From: Parasitella parasitica NRRL 2501
Lineage: Eukaryota; Fungi; Mucoromycota
Assembly: GCA_025201805.1 (NCBI GenBank)
Contig: MU619325.1
Span: forward strand, 62,001 to 126,000
Length of the DNA: 64,000 nucleotides
Reading direction: 5' to 3'
This document shows, in pieces, positions 41,280 through 54,800 of the stretch. A program made the position numbers and the translations under genes. The stretch's first letter is position 1. Every line of letters begins with the position of its first letter. The notes below the pieces were generated by a model. It was given only the letters and a program-made list of their open reading frames with translations, had not been told where the DNA came from and did not search any database.

Positions 41280-43537
41280 TTAAATCAAAAGCTTTTCAAT
41301 GTTAGCAACAATCTCTTGAGATTCTTTGACGTAGTCAATGGGCTTGAGTTCAATACAATTGTATTTGATACGAGTGATGTCCTATGTAAACACAATGAGT
41401 ACGGCTTGAAGATAATACACAACCTACTAAAACGCTTACATTAAATGTTTCTTGCTTTGCTCGAATCTTGAAGTTGAATGTTTGAAAGAGAGCTCTGTTA
41501 AAGGCTACCTGGGCCGCAGCAGCGTCACTCTCCTTCAATGCCATAATCTCGTTTGCACTCATCTTTAATAATGTGTTACCCGGTTCATCAAATGCATTAC
41601 AATAAATCTGGGAGGTAGCATCTTCAACACTCATTGTCAAGATGTATCTGTAGTCTGGGGAGCCAAAGGTCTTTTGACACTTTTCGCAACGCCAGCCATT
41701 AGATTCCAGTATCATTTTCTTTTTACATTCAGGACAAGCAGGATAAGCGCAAGACTCAGACTTGATGTAGACGACGGTACCTCTGAATTCAAAGTAGTCT
41801 GCCTTATTTCCCATTCCTAGGTTTTCGGATTTGGCTTCTTGTAAAGTAATCTTGTTACGTTTAGTAATACCATCACCAGCAGCGCCAGCCATGCCAGAGT
41901 AACTATTGAAATTCGCACTAGTTCCCTTTTCAGTATACCACTGTTTGAGATGATTAGCTTCGGGTGTGTTGGGGTTAATCTTGAATGTGGAAGCAGCGCC
42001 CAAGGACAATGAGCGACCGTTATAATCATTGACACGAACGCCTTTGCAAGCAATGATAGGTGTACCAGTGGCGTCAAATTGTTCAGCTTGAGCACCCCAT
42101 AAGGTAATACGGATTGTCTTGAGAGACTCGTCAGCCAGGGTCAATTCTCTTTTTTTCATCTATTGAAACCATTAGCAGAAGTTTAGAGGATAGCAGGGTC
42201 CATACTTACGGGTTTTCCAGAAGCCTTTGAAACAATTTCAGAAATACCGGCATCTTCAGTAACAACGCCAAGAACATCTAATACAAGTTTTTCAGCCTTG
42301 CGATCCACTCCACACCACGCACGTCAGCCAACTTACCACAGTTACTATCCTTTTCACAATTATCAATGTCAGCAATTTTTACAAAGCAATATTTGACTTG
42401 AGGGATGTCAGCAGCCTCACCACACTATTTGCAAAGAAATTTAGTGCATGGCCACTATCAAATGAGACTCACACAAAAAGAAAAAGAAAAAAGAAACTTA
42501 CAGCTTGAATTTCTGTTCCACTCTGAAGTAACAGCTCGTACTCATTATTCAGGGTAGAGAATTGCTTTTTAGCCATGGTAACTTGTGCCTTGGAAATGTA
42601 ATAAACTTGACCTTCCTCGAGCAAATTGTAGAATTTGTCGACTTGTTCAGTAAAAGCAGTTGCTTTGATTTCACCAGTAGAATCCAAAAGATTCACACTA
42701 AACAACTGGCCATCACTCTTTGAGTTGTGCCATTTTCTGATTTCTGACTTTTGAGTAACACGAGCTTTGATATGCCATCTAGCAACAATGATTGGTATCT
42801 CGAATTTAGATTTGTTTGAAACGGACGACTTACCTGGTCTGATATGGATTCAAGTTGCTGATGCCCGTAGCACTAGCATCGAGGGCTCTTGTAGCGGCAT
42901 TATGAGAAGAATAGGTCGAGTTGTAGTCATTTCTAGATTCTGGCTTGGGCTCTTGTTTGTAAGGGGACGAAGCTGATGCAGATGACGGGCTATTTGTGTT
43001 GGAAGGATTTGAAGAAGAGCTACTGCCCTCCAAAGAAACAGGCATGCCAATCTTGGATTCTACATCGACTTGAACAACTTCGAAATTCAAAAGAATCAAG
43101 ATCCTAATTCCAATACCCTTTAATATATGCCATCAGCTGAAAAATGAGCGCTTCCCTTACTTTCTGCTTTGAAGAGCGTTGCAAACAAATTCTTTAAGTG
43201 TGATGATGCTATGGCGTTTAATTTGCTCTTGGTCAACCAAGTGCGAATGTTGCTGAGCAAGCATAGCTATCATGCTTGGATTAGTCGAATGTAAGAAAGT
43301 TCATCTCTCCGACTTACCCTGCATAAAGTTGACACCGTCAGAAATGATGACTCTACCACAAGTTCTCGTTATGATACTTTACTGCGCAAGCCAGTGTTTT
43401 ATCTTTTACCTGTGACGGATACCACCATTTACAGTAACAGCCTTGATGTTGATGATTTGGACTGTAGGATTATTGTGCAAAGGATTTCCCTTTTGCTCGT
43501 CGTAAAGAACTTTGACAGCACCTGTAGTGAGAGACAT
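41280..43537 (-). CDS. RFA1: Replication protein A 70-kDa subunit, multi-exon
   Basis: MSLTTGAV, ISNLNPYQTRWHIKARVTQKS, LFSVNLLDSTGEIKATAF, KKRELTLADES..ITLWGAQA, YPACPECKKK..WRCEKC..YRYIL. Confidence 0.96.
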
Positions 43538-43583
43538 TCTTTTGAAGTTTGCGTAAAAGAAAGAGATGCAGCAGTAGCCTTAA

Positions 43584-43645
43584 ACGCGATGCACTTTTTT
43601 TTTTTTTTTTTTTTCAATTCAATGATCGCGCCAGTCGACGCGCGC
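43584..43645 (-). promoter_or_regulatory. CGCG-core elements (MCB/E2F-like) upstream of RFA1
   Basis: ACGCGA at 43584, TCGCGCCA at 43626 and GACGCGCG at 43637, within about 110 nt of the RFA1 ATG. Confidence 0.4.
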
Positions 43646-44276
43646 TAGAGGGAACAAGCAACTTTGCATATTAGTCACAACTATTACCGGCATTACCGAC
43701 GATCCAGGGTCTCCAAACTGAAGCTTAGGATAATAATTGTACCTTATAAAGCATGGTTGGTGCATAAACAGAGATATCTGCTCTTCAGATTTATGCTTTC
43801 TTATAAAAAAAAATAGTAATGGTAAACCGTTAGGTGACGCCAATGAGAACCCAATCAACTTTACATTCGTAGCTCCAGTTTGATTACGATTGATAGCCGT
43901 GGCTTGACTGAAGTACTTGGGGTTTGTGCAGACAACAGCACCTTTGCTTCTTACCCCTCATTGGCTGCGTCACTGTTGATTGGAGCTATTCCCATGTATT
44001 ATTAGCCTTTTCATCTTGCTTAAAGCCTTGACATATTAATACATGTCTCGCACTTTACACAAGAACCCAAAATATCATCTTTAGACACACATTCGACTTG
44101 TCCCGCTGAAATAAGTGATTATTATGATTTCTCTAATCCAAGAAAAGCCCTGAATTTTTTTTAATATACATAATATGTTTGATACTATGTATATTTATAG
44201 TTGTGTTTATTTACAAAAGATGAGTTTCATGGCAGGGAGGAGGGAAACACACACACATTCAAATTGACATGTACAA

Positions 44277-44715
44277 TTAAACATGTCCTCCTGATCCTCT
44301 TGTGAGTGTGTAATTGGGAGTGGGTTGATTCAATAGCGCCGATTCCTTTTGTTCCTTGATCTTTGTTGGTTCATGAAACGCTGTCTTTTGGCGGATGGCT
44401 ACAAAATCACAGGGATATTGTTTGTTTATATGCAATTTAACCGTTTTAAACTTAAAACAAACTGTACTTACCCTCTCGAATACCTTCTTCTCCAGCAGCC
44501 AGAATTCCAATGGGCAACTTGCCATTGCTCAAAGCCTTTAATTGCTGCACAAGCTCAGGGTGTGCTGTCAGCACGGCGTAGGATCTTGACATCTTACCAA
44601 TAGCTAGCACCTTTTTTTTTATGACTAGTCTACGGCGAGCGTCCAGTGTGCTATCATTAGTGTTCGCACCGATAGCAGTGTGTTTGTTGCTGTTGTTGAT
44701 AATGGCAAGGGACAT
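44277..44715 (-). CDS. Stand-alone calcineurin-A regulatory-domain (calmodulin-binding) microprotein, 121 aa, 2 exons
   Basis: Exon 1 44715-44472, intron 44471-44399 (GTAAGT..TAG, 73 nt), exon 2 44398-44277. Product: MSLAIINNSNKHTAIGANTNDSTLDARRRLVIKKKVLAIGKMSRSYAVLTAHPELVQQLKALSNGKLPIGILAAGEEGIRE|AIRQKTAFHEPTKIKEQKESALLNQPTPNYTLTRGSGGHV*. Confidence 0.75.
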
Positions 44716-44780
44716 TTGAAATGTAGATGACAGAGATGAAAAATATATGTAGAAAAATGAAATGAAATGAAAAAACACTG

Positions 44781-44781
44781 C

Positions 44782-44789
<8 letters not shown>
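44781..44789 (-). promoter_or_regulatory. TATA box (TATATAAAG) for the calcineurin-derived small gene
   Basis: Consensus TATA about 70 nt upstream of ATG 44715, followed by a pyrimidine-rich leader and preceded by a poly-T tract on the minus strand. Confidence 0.55.
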
Positions 44790-44812
<23 letters not shown>

Positions 44813-45850
44813 TCGCCTCCCCTCATGTAGTGTGATTAGTGTGATTAAATAATAGAAAATCCCTCTGGATCTAATCACTACATCAAACTGGAACTCTGAG
44901 AACATTCCTCCCCCTTTCTTTGCTAAACATTTGTTTGATATTTGCAATGGTAGATGGACAAACGAAGATCACTTTTTTTCTAGCGCTTCTATTGTTTATA
45001 CTTACTTGATGCACCACATGCACAGCCTCTCCATATTTGTTCTTCAACAGAAAATCGTACAATTCCTTAGAAGCAAAGCTTTCACTGGTAAAGCATGTCG
45101 TAGACATCACGTCATGGTGGATTTACAACACTTGCCAGGGAGTTTCGATTATGCTTTTGCCTTCATGAGATTTGTTTTCAGCAAGAGAGAGAAAATACAA
45201 CGGCAAAGCCCTTTTTGCGTGGACTTAATTTCACTAAAGCCTTCAGGGGCTCGTTTTGTTCGTATCGTCTTGGTCTCAGGCATGCTAATATGGATGTGTA
45301 GCGATCATGCAATAGCAATTAGATTAATCTCAATCTACGAGCACAGGCGCGTGCTGTTCCTAAGAAGCTGAAACTTCAATGCCCGCATCTTGAGCACCTT
45401 GGTAAGGTACTCAAGCTTCGCTGTCCATACAGGCACATAGTTAATGCATTTACCCAATCAAAATTCTACCTTGAAACCCTAATAAAATTTACCAACCAAG
45501 GGCTTTACATCGAGATCGCAGTTGTTAATCATGGATACCTATTCGATGGTCTACGATTGATTTGTAGAGAATTTTACAAGAATTGGTCATTTTTTGTCGC
45601 ATGTTTGGTAAAGATTTTAGATATTATGATGCCAACGCAACAGAAACAGAGACCAAAATGCTTTGAAAATCAGTGTTGACCTTTGCTATTCTTTTAGAAT
45701 ATGTGTCTTTATATATTCTCAACATCTATTATTGCACCTCAATGTACCTGAATTTGCTTTTTCCAGTTTTTTGTGCATCCCGTGGATGAACGCTGAAACC
45801 ACCCAATGGCGGAGCACAGACATGCATAAAAAACGCCATCTTTTATTTAA

Positions 45851-47612
<1,762 letters not shown>

Positions 47613-47638
47613 TGATTTCAAAAGTTTTCGTTCAAGAG

Positions 47639-47672
47639 AAATCGCTTTACTCATAAAATCGCTTTACTCATA
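47639..47672. repeat. Perfect 17-bp tandem duplication (AAATCGCTTTACTCATA x2) in the MET17 3' region
   Basis: Read directly from the sequence. Confidence 0.9.
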
Positions 47673-48826
47673 ACTTTGAACGCATATAAATATATATAAA
47701 GACCTTATCACTATAATCAACCATATACATTTTTGTACACTATTTTGTAATACATCGTTTATATAGCTTGGCCACTCACATCTAGTACATTTTTCATGCC
47801 AACTGCTTTTCTTGAATTAAAGATAGAGAGTTTTCATACGAATATCTTCAAAGCTTACATTTAAGAAAACGAACTCTTATCAAAGTAGTAAAATAAGATA
47901 AAAGATGATAAAGTGCGAGAGAATAATCAAATAATGAAATGTGTGTACAAAAAGAGGTAAGGGTAAATGACAATCAAATGCAAGCATGTATCATTTATAT
48001 TCGAATGCAATTGTTCATTGTGAATTGCATCAATAGTAAAATGTGGAATCTAGTCTTGGAAAATATTTCCCGAAGCAAAATATAGTGATAATTATAAACC
48101 ATTAGAACTTCTCTAGAAAGTGGAGTATCTCCTGTTCTTTGGCCAATAAAATGTTTTTTGATGTGAGAAAAACGTTTTAGCTTTATTGTCTCATTTTATA
48201 ATAAAATGTGTATCAGGATTGTTTATCCCACACAAACTAAGAGATACTGTTGGTAAACGTGCATTTATAATATCATAGAACCGGAAACGCTCGTGGATTT
48301 TGGTGCTACAAACCTTCATTGAGGCCTCCCCCTTATTTTTCTCTCTGAACAATGCGCCTGATCCTGTTTTGTCGTTTGCAACAAATTTTATCTAGAAATC
48401 TATTCCAATGATACACTAGAGAAAAAAGATTATTGATCTGGTGCAATACGACATACAAATGTTGTCAGACCTCCTTCATGTTATGTGCATAAGTCATTAA
48501 ACTATGTTTCTTATGGTTTACCCTTAATAATGCTTTCCCCTGCAAGGGATCTCAAAGTTACAGACAATCAACCAGCAGCTGAATACTACTAGCATGGCAT
48601 AAACATTACGCAAAGAGGCGAACTCGGGATCATGGTTGCTTGGAGGCAGCTGTAAATGTCACATTGGGTAAAGCAAGTCAACTAGAGTTAAATCTCGGTG
48701 GTGGTGTGTCCCTTTCTCTCCCTATTAAAGAATGTTGATTTACAAATATAGAACACTTTTGTTAACCTTTTTCTTTTTTTATTTTTTTTTAACATCAACT
48801 TTGAAAACGAAACTTTTGTTTACAAC

Positions 48827-51800
48827 ATGTTTTTTGTTGAAGCAGCAACAGCATCGGCAAGCAATTCTAACCTCCAGTCGGTTAGCGACTTTTGGTTATT
48901 TGTTGTGTATTGCCTAGTAGTCATTGTTGTAGTCATTTTCTTTTTATTTTATTTCAATCGTGTGCTCGGCCAAGTACTTACATTCATTATCAATCAATAC
49001 ACATGGAGAAGATACAATGCTTATATTGAAGTTGGTACGTTGCAAGTAATGGCCTTTCCACTAATCATGACTAAAAAAAATCATACGTAGACTCTATCCG
49101 TGTGTCGTTGCTAGGCGGCCGAATATTGTTCAAAAACCTTAGATACCTATCGACAAATCAATCAATATCAATTGTCAAAGGACACATTGCAGTACGATAT
49201 TGGCTTTTGAACATTCGAAAAGCAGAAGATGACAAAAACGGTATGCCTCGCTGATTCGTAATGCTGGGCAATTGATGAACTTTTTTTACATAGGTATAAC
49301 CAACAATTTGCCATGTCGAGTCGTCTGCAGCGTTGAAGGCCTTGAGTGCTTCCTTTACAACAACACAATTGCCTATGATCGAATGAGAGATATACTAGGA
49401 CTATCGACTACGGAAACGCACAACACATCCAGCTCAACCAACATCGAAAAGAGATTAACTGATGTTCGCGGAACACTTGATCCCGAAAGCCAAACCCCGA
49501 CCAATATAGACAACTCACTATTAGAAAGATTAATGCCAATCCAATTCGAGTGTACAACGGGCGCAGTGATGATTGGCAATACCGAAATAAAATCAATGAT
49601 TGTCTGTAAAGTGTCACAAGCGAATGGCATCTGCAGCCTAACGAAATCAAGATCGCCAATGGATTACTACAAATCAGTAGTGGATTTCATACTGAGGAAA
49701 CCGCAGATCAGCTTTAAAGATAATATGGATTATACAAATGTACAGGAGACAACCGAACAAGTTATAAAGCCACTACTGAGAAACAGCTTTGCGGCATGGT
49801 TGCTGAAGCCATTTAGATGCTTGTACCCATTTGCAATGACGAGACAGTACGGCAAAATGCAACATATGCGAGACATCATGAGAGATGGGAGGTCGCATAG
49901 ACGAAACGATAGTGATGATACCACTTATCATGAGGAATATGCTAGAGTTTCAAACATAGTCGAGTGCAATGAAATGGCTTTGACTTACTATGCTGATTAT
50001 GCGGGTAATTCATAGGTTTTGTTGATGCGTTGAATGTGTAACTCAAGTGATTCCCTTTTTTTTTTTTTTTTTTTTTTTAGGACCTGTACCAACACCCGAA
50101 GCTTCTGATTCTTTCCCAGGAGTTGGGACTGATATTGGTAACGGTGGATTGCCGCCAGAGTGGGGTGTCCGTGTCTCATTATGGGACGCTACCATCCACT
50201 ATGGCGCCTGGGCAGATAGACAAAGATCAGAAATGCAGGACTACTTCTTACCCAATTCACATCGTGAAATCACACCTACGCAAAAGCTTTTACCAGGGCA
50301 GCAGAGAGTTGCAACATCATTTGAAACGTATATCGAGTTTGTAAATGACGGCAAAGTACGAGTGCCCACACGAGAGAAATCCAAGGTATGTAGCACAAGC
50401 GTTTCCTGCATTCAAAATTACCGTATATGTGTACCGACAGATTTCCTTTTATAGGATTGGAAATATAATAATCCAGAGTCATCCGATCTAGACGTTGGAT
50501 CTGATGACTACTATTCCAGGCCATATGGCTGGTTTAATATCAAAGCCGGAAAAGGGTCTTTCATTAAAGTAGTGACACCATTCGCGGTAGGGGAGAATGG
50601 CCACGCCAATAAAATTGACATTGTGCTGAAGGATATAGACATCACCACCAGCGTGAACTATGCTTCATTCATTAAGGTGGAGCGAGTTGAGTTCAACATC
50701 AATATGCCAGCACCACTGCAGTGGAATGGATTTAGACAATGGGATTTTAAAGTGGTAGCAAAGAACCCGGTAGTGTTCTTACTGAGAGACCACGTCTTTC
50801 TATTGCAAGATACCGTCAAAGACTGGACTGGTGCCGCTCAACCTTCGGATTTATTGCATTTCACTCCAATGGTCTACCAATTACAGTTCAACTTGAAAAA
50901 CCCTAAAGTGTATCTCTGTGTGAATGAGCACAATGTTATCAATAATCCCAATTCAATCGACGATAATGGTAGGTTAGCTAATACGTCGATTATAAATCGT
51001 CACTGACATTTGCTCTGTATAGCTTTCCTCAAAATCGAAGCTCATCGCATAGGGTTCAACATTAAGCTGCCATTCACAGAATTCCAACCCGAAACTACAG
51101 CCATCAAGTTTTTTGTTGAGGCAGAGCATGGCAGTGCAGGCCTATCTTTACAAACATCACACACGCTCAACGCTTTTATGAGAGACGACGATTCGCATGC
51201 TGCTGTGGCAGTCAATCTGACAATTGATGGATCTTACGAATTCTACAGCTCGGTAGACATCTTGCGACATATCGAAACCTGCAATCTTAATGTGAAAATC
51301 AACGGCGCCACTGTCAAGGTTTTTGGCACTTTGATTCGATACCTATTTCTATTGAAAGAAAACTACTTTGGTGCCTGGAACAATTTTTCCACCATTGTGG
51401 AGTACAGAAATCTGAAACGAAACCAGCAAGAATGGCTGGAGCAGAAGAAGAGGCAAGCTGAAGCAAAACCCCCTGCTGATCCGTTTGAAGTTTATCTCTT
51501 GCTGGAGCTGGAGGACGGCGTGCTCTTGTTTCCTGAAAACTTGTATGAATGCTCCAGATACTCCCAGTTTGAATTTCAAGAGCTGCAGTTGGAGCTGAGG
51601 AATCTGGATGTCTATCTCGACATGTACCTCAACATCAGTCCTATCACTCTAAGCAGAGACAGCAATCCAAACCCTCAATCAAAGGAAGGCTTTTTCCGAA
51701 TCAAAAATGCCCGAGATCCAAAAAACTATGTGTATATAGACGGTAACTATGACATTGCGTTAACATTGCAACCATAACATGTAGTCCTAATTAATTCTAT

Positions 51801-54800
51801 TCAGGGGTAAATGTGTACGGCCATCGTCTATTCGGGCCACTTCCCGACTGCTCTACCTATCTCTGTCAGTGGGAATTCGATATTGGTCGCATCACGGGCG
51901 AGATCAAGCCTTCATTCTTGTTGGGATTATCCTGCTTTGGGCAATCGTTTGCCTATAATTTGATCGACGAAGACAATGCTGTGCCTCAAGAGTTGACGTC
52001 CAAGGATTTACCTGACGTTACTTTTATCAAATTGTATGTCCAAGAAGTGGATGTCTGTCTGATGAGTATGAACAGTGCGACAAACATCGCCATTCAAGAC
52101 GGCATTCTGCTTGAGTTTGACAACTTGATCAATGTCAAGTACAGCCAAAGAATCACCCTTAAAATACCTTCCATCTTGGCCCGTTGTTTGGCGAACCCGG
52201 ATCAGGCTCGAGGCGACTCTTCCGCAGAGGACAATGAATACTCTTGGGTAGAGGTTGCCAAAGCAGACCTAGGCCTCAATGTCTCCATATTCAGACACAC
52301 CGCAGAGTGGGAAAAGGCGCGCAATGAGCAGCAAACTTTCATCCGTACACAGGATTACGCTACGCGCCGATGTGTACGTTTATACGAGGAAGTGGATACA
52401 GCGTCTCAGAGTAAGTTTTATGAAAAAAAAAAAAAAAAAAAGTTGCATGTACCAGGCAGTTGTCGTAACGCTTGTATGTTTGATAGTATCTCGATCCTCC
52501 ATGCGGTCTTCAACCGAGCATTATGTAGGCATGGTGTACGCCCCTCCATTCCGGCCTTTTATGTTTGGCCGTGTGGAAGACAAGTCTGTTCTCTATGACG
52601 ATAGCTCATGTGCTTCAGGTGAGCCATCTCCAGGAAGTGTGAGAGGTGCAGGCTACAGCAGAAATGGCAGCATTAATGGGCCTAGCGCTATGATGATGCC
52701 AGGCGGGTCTGACGACGATGATGCTGACGAGCAAGAAGTTGGATCTGATTTCGAATTTGATGAAGACATGTTTGATAATTACTCTATCCACACTGGAATT
52801 TCTGGAAAGGATAACGACTCTTTCCACACCGCCAAGAACTCTGCCGAAGACGATGAGGAAGACTCTTTCTCAATGGCAGATGACTACTCCATACACTCAC
52901 GAAACTTTGGCACTGGTTCATCAAGCGATGATGCTGAATATGATTGCACGTCCTCTTCAAATCAGAAAAATGAAGACAGCAGAAATAGACGACGAAAACC
53001 AGAAAAGGATCTCAAAGCAGCTATACCCCCATCTATTCCATACAGTGATTATCTCAGAAGATTCAAGATCCTGCGTTCAAACTCTGAACACGATTATGGA
53101 GGATTTTTCCATCCTTTTATGCCACCATCTCAGCCTCATTTTGTGCCTGAAAAGGCAGACCCTGGAAACTACTCAACCCCGTACCAAGCAGCAGAAAATA
53201 CAGAGCCTCACGATTACTTTTCTACTACCGAAACAGCTGATCATACAAACCATATGAGCAGCAATATCGATAGCAAAGATGCATATGGGAAGGGTAACGA
53301 AGTAATTGCTACCACTGTGATTGAAGCAACAAGGTCTGTCACTATCCTTGTTACGCCAATCTTGGTCAAAGTCGCTCAGGAATTGGCGGAAGAAATTATC
53401 AAGGACGATTGGGATTTGGAGACCATGCTGGATGCTCTTCAGATGGAGTACATTGGACAACTGACTCGCTACTTGACCAATCAGTACATTTGCACCCGCT
53501 TTGCAGTCATCCTGCCCCAAACATACTTGCACTTTATCCAAAATGCAACCGTTCCAAACGACCTGCCTTCGTACAAGCACGGCGAATCCTTTGTCAAAAC
53601 ACAATACAACCCAGACGACACAATCTTGTGCTCGGCAGACCTCTTTTTGAACGAGTTCAAGATGGTTGGAAGTGTCAGATTTGAGGACTTTGCGTTTGCT
53701 GAAAAGAAGAATAAGGTGGCCGAATCCAAGCTGGTGCTACAAGAATACCGAGTGCACATTGATGCTGGCGAGATGGGAGCAACCGTGCAGTACGTTTCCA
53801 AGCAGTATGCAAGACAATCCATTGCGTTTGGCATTCCTTATGAATCTTTGCGCAACAAAAACCTCCACAACAACATGGCCGACCAGGAAACCTTAGTAGA
53901 CGAGCTCGTGATGCTTGATCTCGCTGTCAAGGGATTCAACTTTAAACTGCTCGGCGCAAGAGTGCCAAACTTTGCCGAACTAAGTGTAGATAGTGTGGAT
54001 ACCATCATCATTACGGAATCTGTCGAGATTTTGGTCGGTGCTGTGTATTCCTGGCTCGTGTTTGTGGATGATTTAAAGGGCATTCTGGAGAGCTTCCAAG
54101 ACCAACGCACTAGCCAGGTACAGGTGTTTATCAACGAAATTGCAAACTACTCGATCAGTCAAGGTGTTGTGGGCGATCCTGTCTTTTTAAATACCCCCGC
54201 TACTATGCTCAGGTTGGGATCGCGCAACTTTAGAGACGATTGCGGCTGGAAATTACTAGCACGTATGCGGCATTGCTTGAGGTCTATGCCCTCATCTAAA
54301 CGCGAGGAACTGCAGTACCGATTAACATCAGGAGGCGCCCTACAGGGCATTGATTCAGAAGCCATCTATGAGAATGTGGTAAATACATTTTCTCATTGGC
54401 GTAGCTGGGAAGTTGCCTATAGTGATATCACACGTTGCCGCCTGTTTACACAGCCCTTCAACAAGACTGTAGCTCAAGATGGAGGCGAATTTGCCCCCAA
54501 GGACATGACAGATGAAGTGGTTCGCTTCCTGATATCCTCTGCTAATTTTGCCAAGGCTAAACTCGGCGAATTCAAATTTACCATTTACGAGGAAGAAACG
54601 TCTGAATCCAGTAAAGAGGAGAACAGCATATCCATCCGATCCTTAACATTTCTTCTTGAATGTCTGTTTAAAGCATCTTCTATTGCCTCTGCGCCAGAAC
54701 ACAGTCAAGCCAGGAATGAAAATCGAAAAACACTGGCTGTGCCAGATGGTTACCTTGATGTGGTTACAAAAGTGAGTTTGGGCGAAATCGACATATCTAC

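Noticed and set aside
52279-52486. N-terminus of the 2513-aa ORF (..MKKKKKKSCMYQ..) as a separate protein start
   Set aside because: The frame runs back through a poly-A-containing intron (GTAAGT near 52411 to TAG near 52486). The ORF is the last exon of CSF1.
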